A stretch of 51,741 nucleotides of DNA from Ferrithrix thermotolerans DSM 19514 (GTDB lineage: Bacteria > Actinomycetota > Acidimicrobiia > Acidimicrobiales > Ilumatobacteraceae). Made by a program: the position numbers and the translations under genes. Shown piece by piece: positions 45,302 through 51,741 of the stretch; the stretch's first letter is position 1, and every line of letters starts with the position of its first letter. The notes beneath the pieces are model-generated. The model had not been told where the DNA came from. It made no database searches and was given only the letters and a program-made list of their open reading frames with translations. Location of the stretch: assembly GCA_945861325.1 (NCBI GenBank), contig CAMATY010000001.1:1-51741 (forward strand), given 5' to 3'.

Positions 45302-47134
45302 ATCAATAACATTCGAAATATTGCCATAGTGGCGCACGTTGACCATGGCAAAACAACACTTCTCGACGCACTTCTAAAATCTGGTGGAACTTTCGCTGCC
45401 CACCAGGCAGTGGTTGACCGCGTAATGGACTCAAATGATCAAGAGCGTGAACGCGGTATCACGATTCTTGCAAAAGCAGCCGAAATTGAATGGCGTGGCA
45501 CCAAAATCAATTTTGTTGACACTCCAGGTCACGCCGACTTCGGTGGAGAAGTCGAACGAGCCCTTGCGTTAGTTGACGGTATTTTATTGTTGGTAGACGC
45601 TGCCGAAGGACCACTACCACAAACTCGTTACGTTCTCTCGAAGGCACTTGCTCGTGACTTGCCTGTAGTTGTCGTACTCAACAAAGTTGATCGATCAGAT
45701 GCCCGTCCAGAAGAAGTTCTCCACGAAGTTGAACAACTGTTCTTGGATCTTGCGCACCATGACCATCATTTAAGCTTCCCTGTGATTTCTGCAGTCGCCA
45801 GAGACGGTCGTTCAATGAAGGGAATCGGAATGCCGGCAGAAAATGCCGACCTGGTTCCGTTGTTAGACGCAATTCTTGACACTATTCCTGCGCCGACAGA
45901 TGACCCTGCTGCACCGCTTCAGGCGTTAGTTGCAAACTTAGATGCATCTGATTATCTCGGTCGACTTGCAATTGGTCGTGTTCATGCTGGTGTTATGCGA
46001 AAAGGCGACACAGTGACGGTTTGGCAACACCCAACCCCAACGAACCCCTCTCCATCAATCAAGCGTCGAATCACAACCCTGTTTGCATTCCGAGGAATCG
46101 GTCGCGAGGAAGTAAGCGAAGTTTCCGCGGGAGACTTGTTTATTTTGGCTGGTATTGACGAAGTAGAAGTAGGCGACACGATCGCCGCACTTGAGAACGC
46201 CCAATCGTTACCTCGTCTTGAAGTTGACGAACCAGTTTTGCGAATGAGCTTTGGAGTTAACACTTCACCATATGCAGGTCGCGAAGGTACTTATTTAACT
46301 AGTCGTCACTTAAGCGAACGACTGTTCAAAGAAGTTCTTGGCAATGTTTCAATTAAAGTCAACACAACTGACACACCTGACGTGATCTCAGTTGCTGGTC
46401 GAGGCGAGTTACAGCTAGCGGTGCTGATTGAAAACATGCGTCGCGAAGGGTATGAGCTTCAAGTCAGTCGTCCAGAAGTAATCACTAAAGAGATTGATGG
46501 CAAAAAGCATGAGCCACTCGAAGCCGGAACAATCGACGTGCCAGACGAATATGTTGGCGCAGTCACGCAGGCACTTGCCCCTCGCAAAGGTCGCGTCACA
46601 AATCTTGAACCAGGCGACAGCGGTCGAACGATCGTTAGTTTTCAAGCACCGTCTCGTGGTCTAATAGGGTTTAGATCTTTACTGCTCACGGTTACTCGTG
46701 GCACAGCATTACTTCACCAAAGCTTGGATGGCTACATGCCGTGGGCTGGCGATTTGCCACACCGCTTAGGTGGCGCAATGATTGCCGACCGAAAGGGTTC
46801 TACGACTGCCTATGCATTAGATAATTTGCAACTTCGCGGAACGCTGTTTGTTGCTCCTGGCGTCGAAGTTTATGAAGGAATGGTCGTAGGCGAGAACTCA
46901 CGCGATGATGAAATGGTAGTAAATGCAGTTCGTGCTAAAGAAATGACAAACATCAGAACGCACAGTCACGACGACGGGCCAAAACTCGCCACTCCGATTA
47001 CCCACACGCTTGAGTCGGGAATTCAATGGATTGCCGACGATGAACTTGTCGAAGTAACTCCGACGAACATCCGAATCAGAAAGCGCTACTTGTCGCTTGA
47101 AGATCGCCGCAAATCCGGCAAAACTAACAAATAA
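45302..47134 (+). CDS. typA: Translational GTPase TypA/BipA (start codon uncertain: frame open from 45293; first canonical start GTG at 45329)
   Basis: NIRNIAIVAHVDHGKTTL (G1), DTPGH (G3), NKVD (G4), EF-G-like domains and a BipA-type C-terminus. See the finding on the start codon. Confidence 0.9.
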   Translation: MNNIRNIAIVAHVDHGKTTLLDALLKSGGTFAAHQAVVDRVMDSNDQERERGITILAKAAEIEWRGTKINFVDTPGHADFGGEVERALALVDGILLLVDAAEGPLPQTRYVLSKALARDLPVVVVLNKVDRSDARPEEVLHEVEQLFLDLAHHDHHLSFPVISAVARDGRSMKGIGMPAENADLVPLLDAILDTIPAPTDDPAAPLQALVANLDASDYLGRLAIGRVHAGVMRKGDTVTVWQHPTPTNPSPSIKRRITTLFAFRGIGREEVSEVSAGDLFILAGIDEVEVGDTIAALENAQSLPRLEVDEPVLRMSFGVNTSPYAGREGTYLTSRHLSERLFKEVLGNVSIKVNTTDTPDVISVAGRGELQLAVLIENMRREGYELQVSRPEVITKEIDGKKHEPLEAGTIDVPDEYVGAVTQALAPRKGRVTNLEPGDSGRTIVSFQAPSRGLIGFRSLLLTVTRGTALLHQSLDGYMPWAGDLPHRLGGAMIADRKGSTTAYALDNLQLRGTLFVAPGVEVYEGMVVGENSRDDEMVVNAVRAKEMTNIRTHSHDDGPKLATPITHTLESGIQWIADDELVEVTPTNIRIRKRYLSLEDRRKSGKTNK

Positions 47135-47136
47135 AG

Positions 47137-47904
47137 TTATTTAGTTTTTTTAACGGTTTTTTTGTTGCGCACTTGTGGGTGCGGCAAAAATGTTGTGCGT
47201 GGCTTTTGTAGTTGTTTGACGATCATGTCGTAGATCTCATCGCCGCACAACTCAATTAATTCGTCTTTTAGATATTTATAGACGGGACGCGAGCCAACAA
47301 ATGCTGCCGAATCATCGGTACACCACCAATCAAAATCGTGTCCACCGTCGCCCCAATCACGACGCTTCCACTCGCGCACTATTGAAAGAATGTGATCTTC
47401 ATCTTCTTCGTGCTGCTCTAATCGAAGTGGTACTTGCCAGCAAACATCTGGCTTCCAATCCATTGGTCGTTCGCCCTCTTGTGTCGCAGCAACATGAAAT
47501 GCACAACCCATTCCGCCTTCAAAGTCAGGGCGATTATGAAAGATGCATGCACCTTTATACGACGTTGTGATATCTGAGCCGTCTTGTTCTTTACCTAGCC
47601 ACTTTCCTTGCTGACCGCGATCGAAGTTCTGCCAATGCTCCGGCTTGAGTCGTTTAACACTTCGCTTGACTGATGCGAGATCTTCTTTGTCAATGAAATG
47701 AGCACCGTAACTGCAGCATCCTTGGTGCAACGTTGGGTCTGCCTCGTCGAGAATTCCTTGGCATCCGTTGCCATAAATGCATGTCCAGTTTGAGCGCAAG
47801 AAAGTTGCGTCAATCATCCAAGTTTGTTCTAGGTCTGGGTCGGCGAAACTAATCCACTCATGAAGTTCTTCAAGTTCTGACACGACGATGCAGGCTAATG
47901 GCAT
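47137..47904 (-). CDS. DUF3027-family Cys-rich protein
   Basis: NWTCIYGNGCQGI, HQGCCSYGAHF, GACIFHNR, GGMGCAFH. I prefer the ATG at 47904 to the TTG at 47922. Confidence 0.7.
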   Translation of the reverse strand: MPLACIVVSELEELHEWISFADPDLEQTWMIDATFLRSNWTCIYGNGCQGILDEADPTLHQGCCSYGAHFIDKEDLASVKRSVKRLKPEHWQNFDRGQQGKWLGKEQDGSDITTSYKGACIFHNRPDFEGGMGCAFHVAATQEGERPMDWKPDVCWQVPLRLEQHEEDEDHILSIVREWKRRDWGDGGHDFDWWCTDDSAAFVGSRPVYKYLKDELIELCGDEIYDMIVKQLQKPRTTFLPHPQVRNKKTVKKTK

Positions 47905-47916
47905 ACTTGTTGCATC

Positions 47917-48117
47917 ATGCAAAATTCAGCCGAAAAGAATCAAGAGATCGTTCAACAACTTCGCAATATTTCAGAGACACTTGCCGATCGATCTCTCGCT
48001 GCACTCAAGGACGCTCACGCTCTTGGAGAATCAAAGCGACCAGAAATTGAACGCACGCTGACACAGGCTCGACGCGCAATTGAAAAAGCAATAGCTTTGC
48101 TGATCAGCGAATCGTGA
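47917..48117 (+). CDS. Small helical hypothetical protein (66 aa)
   Basis: ATG ORF filling a 200-nt gap in a compact genome, with amphipathic-helix composition. No motif recognised. Confidence 0.35.
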   Translation: MQNSAEKNQEIVQQLRNISETLADRSLAALKDAHALGESKRPEIERTLTQARRAIEKAIALLISES

Positions 48118-48126
48118 CGATCAGCG

Positions 48127-49185
48127 TTAACTAACTTGATGAGAACTGCTGTTGAGCAGATCTATCAGGCTTCGCAATCCACCAAAATCTCGTCTTGCAA
48201 ATGCGAACGCGATGCGAAACTTGTCTAAGTTGTCATGATCTGTAGTCTCTGGAGATGTTGGTTCTATTCGCTCAATGCGACCCGACTCGCAAAGATCCGC
48301 GAACTTCAAATTCAATTCGCGCAGTAGCGAATCAGTAACTTGATTTTTAACCCGCAAAACGATCTTCTTACCAACAATTCGCATTGAGTGATAGTTGCTA
48401 TAGAAATTGCCTATCTCAGTAACTGCTTCGGTGACTCCAGCAGCCACGTGATATAAAGCCAGATCTGATTCGGAAACGAGATTGCGCGGCAACAGCGATG
48501 TCCTGACGAAGGTGTCAACACTTGACCAGAACGGATCACCAGGCAGGTCAAGCAACACGAGCGGCACGGGGTTTCCCTTGCCTGTCTGTAATAAAGTCAA
48601 CAATTCAAACATCTCGTCAAGAGTGCCGAAGCCGCCAGGCATACAAATGAATGCATGCGATTCTTTAACTAGCATAAGTTTTCGGGTAAAGAAATATCGC
48701 ATCGAGACATATTTGTCATCGCCCGCGATAATCGGATTTGCAGAAGTTTCAAACGGCAGGCGAATACTCACCCCAATTGACATCTCACGACCAGCACCAG
48801 ACATTCCGGCTTCCATAATTCCTGGTCCAGCACCCGTGACGACCATCCAACCGTCGTCGGCTAAAGCCTTGGCAACCTGCTCGGTCAATTTATATAGCGG
48901 ATCATCTTTCGTCGTTCGTGCGGATCCGAAAATTGTGACTTTTTTTCGTTCGGTATATGGCGCAAACATTGCGAAAGCCTCACGCATTTCGGTCAGAGCC
49001 GCATTGGCAATTTTTAGATTCAAAGTATTCGGCTTGTCACGCGCGAGTTGTAGAGCCGAAGTCAGCATCTCGGTAATTTGTTTTCGATCAAATTTGGTGG
49101 CGTTGTTTTTATCTAAAACCGCAGAGGTAAGTTGCTCAACAACGGCAGCAATCTCGCTGTCGCTCGAGATCTCTGGCTTTGACAT
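48127..49185 (-). CDS. Long (type-II / PpnN-like) LOG-family nucleotide 5'-monophosphate nucleosidase homologue (352 aa)
   Basis: IFGSAR, GAGPGIMEA, YFFTRK, PGGFGTLDE motifs, plus an N-terminal extension of about 75 aa and a C-terminal extension of about 100 aa. The ATG overlaps the tal stop (TAATG). Confidence 0.8.
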   Translation of the reverse strand: MSKPEISSDSEIAAVVEQLTSAVLDKNNATKFDRKQITEMLTSALQLARDKPNTLNLKIANAALTEMREAFAMFAPYTERKKVTIFGSARTTKDDPLYKLTEQVAKALADDGWMVVTGAGPGIMEAGMSGAGREMSIGVSIRLPFETSANPIIAGDDKYVSMRYFFTRKLMLVKESHAFICMPGGFGTLDEMFELLTLLQTGKGNPVPLVLLDLPGDPFWSSVDTFVRTSLLPRNLVSESDLALYHVAAGVTEAVTEIGNFYSNYHSMRIVGKKIVLRVKNQVTDSLLRELNLKFADLCESGRIERIEPTSPETTDHDNLDKFRIAFAFARRDFGGLRSLIDLLNSSSHQVS

Positions 49186-50291
49186 TAAGTAAGTTCTACT
49201 GCCTTTGCATCCAACACAGAAAGTAATTCATCAAAGCTTTTTCGAAACGATGAAACACCCTCGTGCTCCAGTTGCGCTGCGACCGAAGCAACATCAACGC
49301 CAAATTCTGCGAGTTGTGACCATTGCCAATGCGCTTGGTCTAAACCTTGATTAATTGTCGTGCTTAAATTGCCGTGGTCACTGAACGCCTCAACAGTTGT
49401 ATCAGGAAGTGTGTTGACCGTATTTGGTCCGATCAATTGATCAACATAAAGAGTGTCGGGGTATTTGACGTTTTTCGTTGAAGTTGAAGCCCACAGTGGA
49501 CGCTGCACATGAGCCCCCAAAGCCGCGAGTTTTTCCCAGCGCGCGCCTGAGAAAGTCTGCTCGAACATTTGATAGGCGAGTTTGGCTTGAGCGATCGCTG
49601 CAGTCCCACATAATGCAATCGCGCCATCACTGCCGTTGGCTTGCAACTGACGATCAATCTCAGTATCAACACGAGATATGAAAAAACTTGCAACGCTGGC
49701 CACTTGGGCAACTTTGGCAGGGTGCTCTAACTGCAATATCTCTAGACCGTCGATATAGGCGTTCATCACATCCTGATAACGGTCCAAACTAAAAATTAAA
49801 GTGACATTGACATTTCTTCCTTCACTAATCATCGAACGAATCGCTGGTACACCCTGAACGGTTGCGGGAATTTTGATCATCACGTTGTCGCGATTAATTC
49901 GCTGATGCAACTTTCGGCCTGCATCTAAGGTTTCTGCGCCTTGGTGCGCAAGATTCGGGTCAACTTCGACACTTACAAAGCCATCAAGTCCACCAGAGCT
50001 TTGATATAGCGGTTCAAACGCGTCTAACGCTCCGTTGATGTCTTCCAACACGAGTCCCCAGTAACTATCAAGTGTGCTCGTTTTCGTCGCGATTAGAGAT
50101 TTGAACTGTTTTGTGTATTCATCAGAACCTTGTATTGCTTTTTGAAAAATAGTTGGATTTGAAGTCAGGCCGCGAATTCCAGATTCGCGAACACGGTTCA
50201 ATTCGCCTGTCGTGATGTAACTGCGTTTGAGATTGTCAAGCCACGGACTCTGACCGTGTTCATCGAATAAACGCTTAAGTCGGTCACTCAT
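49185..50291 (-). CDS. tal: Transaldolase (long actinobacterial type)
   Basis: GQSPWLDNL, TSNPTIF, MIKIPAT (Schiff-base Lys context), SFFISRVD. The ATG at 50291 overlaps the tkt stop (ATGAGTGA). Confidence 0.9.
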   Translation of the reverse strand: MSDRLKRLFDEHGQSPWLDNLKRSYITTGELNRVRESGIRGLTSNPTIFQKAIQGSDEYTKQFKSLIATKTSTLDSYWGLVLEDINGALDAFEPLYQSSGGLDGFVSVEVDPNLAHQGAETLDAGRKLHQRINRDNVMIKIPATVQGVPAIRSMISEGRNVNVTLIFSLDRYQDVMNAYIDGLEILQLEHPAKVAQVASVASFFISRVDTEIDRQLQANGSDGAIALCGTAAIAQAKLAYQMFEQTFSGARWEKLAALGAHVQRPLWASTSTKNVKYPDTLYVDQLIGPNTVNTLPDTTVEAFSDHGNLSTTINQGLDQAHWQWSQLAEFGVDVASVAAQLEHEGVSSFRKSFDELLSVLDAKAVELT

Positions 50292-51741
50292 TATTTTTAA
50301 AACTAGCAATTAGTTGATTGCTCGCACTCAATACGGCCTCAAGGTTTATCCCTAATCTGTCAAGGGCGATTGCGCCAGGTGCGCTAGTTCCAAAACGATT
50401 GATACCAATTGTCTGATCGGCGTACTTCTCCCAGCCCATGGTCACGCCTGCCTCGACAGAAAGGACTGGTACTTGATTAGGAAATACATTTTGTTGCTGA
50501 TCTTTGTTCAGGCGCTCAAACCGATCCCAACTTGGCATTGAGACCACGCGAACCTGTTTGCCAGTTTTGGTTAACTCTTCGCCTGCAATTAGACACAACC
50601 CGACTTCGCTCCCTGTGGCTACCAAAATCAGATCGGGTCTTGCGTTGCAGTCGCGAACGACTCCAGCACCTTTATCAACTGCTGATCCATCGGTAACACT
50701 CGGCACATTTTGTCGCGAAAGAATTAAAGCAGTGGGTCCGTCGTGATCAACTGCGGCACACCACGCAGCGATCGTTTCATTTGGATCTGCGGGACGAATT
50801 ACTTGCAAGCCAGGTATCGCTCGCAATGACGCAAGTTGTTCAACTGGTTGATGAGTTGGTCCATCTTCACCGACACCAACAGAATCGTGAGTAAAAATGA
50901 AAATACATTTCGCACGAGAAATCGCGGCAAGGCGAATTGCTGGGCGCATGTAGTCGGCAAACACAAAGAAAGTACCTGCAACTGGCAGAACTCCACCGTG
51001 CAGTGCCATACCAACAATCGCCGCGCCCATTGCGTGTTCACGAATTCCAAAGTAGATTTGGCGTCCATCTGGCGCAGTTGCACTTTGCGCGATCTGCTTC
51101 GAGAGTTTCGTCCCTGTATTGCCTGTTAAATCTGCTGAGCCTGAAATTAAACCAGGCAATGCCGGCAGAGATGCATCCAGCGCCTTTTGAATAATTTGTC
51201 TCGTCGCAAAATTTGCAGTCGCGTCATAACTTGGTAGTAGCGAACTAAATGAGGATGACTTCGGCGTGTTCCAGGCTGCGTCCCATAAATAACTCTCGCT
51301 CATTGATGCCATGTCGCTGTCGTAACTTGAAACCAACTCTGCACCGCGCCTCGCAGCGTTCTCACGAATAGCGTCAACAATTTCTTGTGGAGCCCAAAAC
51401 GGCACGTCAGGAATCTGCATCACTTTTTTCGTCGCCGAGACATGACTGGCGTTGAACGGGTTGCCGTGCGCTTCATGGCTATCTGTGAAATCAGGCGATG
51501 GTGAACCAATGTGAGACTTCAAGATGCACAAGGTCGGTGCACCGAGATTTGACCGAGCCGTAATCAATGCATCTTCAAGGGCGTCCATGTCATCGGCGAT
51601 TTCACCCAGTTGCATTACATTCCATCCGTAACTCGAGAATCGTTTCGCAACATCATCCGAGCTCGAGAGTGAAGTTGATCCATCAATCGTGATTGCATTG
51701 TCATCAAAAATACAAATCAAGCGGTCGAGTTTTAAATGTCC
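50284..51741 (-). CDS. tkt: Transketolase, C-terminal about 486 aa (5' end outside the window)
   Basis: The frame is open to the window edge. GSADLTGNT, FGIREHAM, THDSVGVGEDGPTHQP, C-terminal domain. Confidence 0.9.
   Translation of the reverse strand, partial: GHLKLDRLICIFDDNAITIDGSTSLSSSDDVAKRFSSYGWNVMQLGEIADDMDALEDALITARSNLGAPTLCILKSHIGSPSPDFTDSHEAHGNPFNASHVSATKKVMQIPDVPFWAPQEIVDAIRENAARRGAELVSSYDSDMASMSESYLWDAAWNTPKSSSFSSLLPSYDATANFATRQIIQKALDASLPALPGLISGSADLTGNTGTKLSKQIAQSATAPDGRQIYFGIREHAMGAAIVGMALHGGVLPVAGTFFVFADYMRPAIRLAAISRAKCIFIFTHDSVGVGEDGPTHQPVEQLASLRAIPGLQVIRPADPNETIAAWCAAVDHDGPTALILSRQNVPSVTDGSAVDKGAGVVRDCNARPDLILVATGSEVGLCLIAGEELTKTGKQVRVVSMPSWDRFERLNKDQQQNVFPNQVPVLSVEAGVTMGWEKYADQTIGINRFGTSAPGAIALDRLGINLEAVLSASNQLIASFKNNE

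Noticed and set aside
48482-49192. A 236-aa ORF on the plus strand, antisense to the LOG-family gene
   Set aside because: It has low-complexity Ser/Pro/Ala/Ile-rich composition, no motif and no RBS. It lies exactly opposite a gene with unmistakable LOG motifs (PGGFGTLDE), so it is a typical shadow ORF of a coding region.
1-51741. Mobile elements, genomic islands, CRISPR arrays, tRNA/rRNA genes, toxin-antitoxin or phage-defence systems
   Set aside because: No transposase, integrase, recombinase or phage-like ORF was seen. There are no direct-repeat arrays, no tRNA-sized structured gaps (the longest spacer is about 175 nt and has no cloverleaf) and no small paired ORFs of TA type. The window reads as core chromosome.

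Overview
This is a 51.7-kb, extremely gene-dense chromosomal segment with about 52 CDS, many 1-8-nt start/stop overlaps and only about 10 spacers over 50 nt. Gene content suggests a streamlined, moderately low-GC actinobacterium: DUF3027, DUF3151, a GuaB1-type IMPDH paralogue, ctaA, tkt-tal with a long-type transaldolase, and typA. That taxonomic call is inference. I found no rRNA, tRNA, CRISPR array, transposase, integrase or recognisable defence genes. All family calls come from reading motifs in the supplied translations; no database search was possible.

Layout:
- **nt 1-1514:** lactone-oxidase fragment and a DEAD-box helicase.
- **nt 1519-12100, minus strand:** an almost gap-free 8-gene array. 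It holds two xanthine-dehydrogenase-family molybdenum hydroxylases (one three-subunit L/S/FAD enzyme and one Fe-S/Mo fusion), an N-terminally short SsnA-like amidohydrolase, a luciferase-like (LLM) oxidoreductase, a CN-hydrolase D-carbamoylase-like enzyme and an M20 L-carbamoylase/allantoate-amidohydrolase-like enzyme. A class-III aminotransferase plus TauE-type permease is transcribed divergently. I consider this the best candidate for an uncharacterised system, namely purine-type N-heterocycle catabolism built from non-canonical parts.
- **nt 14.2-20.3 kb:** ETHE1-like MBL hydrolase, Gfo/Idh/MocA, and an SDR / FAD-oxidase / type-B carboxylesterase operon.
- **nt 20.3-25.3 kb:** a heterodimeric ABC exporter with one degenerate ATP site and a translationally coupled lipoprotein.
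- **nt 25.3-30.8 kb:** housekeeping and envelope genes, including an M23 peptidase with 3 PG-binding repeats, a TetR-NTF2 fusion with a methyltransferase, and ctaA.
- **nt 30.8-36.2 kb:** a liv-type ABC importer. Its permease carries an extracytoplasmic N-terminal beta domain, and its separately transcribed binding protein appears to be circularly permuted.
- **nt 36.4-51.7 kb:** tsaC/sua5, a hydrolase, guaB1, cmk, plsC, an M18 peptidase, mobA, a rhodanese, rnd, typA (with no canonical start codon that preserves the G1 beta-strand), DUF3027, and a tkt-tal-LOG translationally coupled chain.
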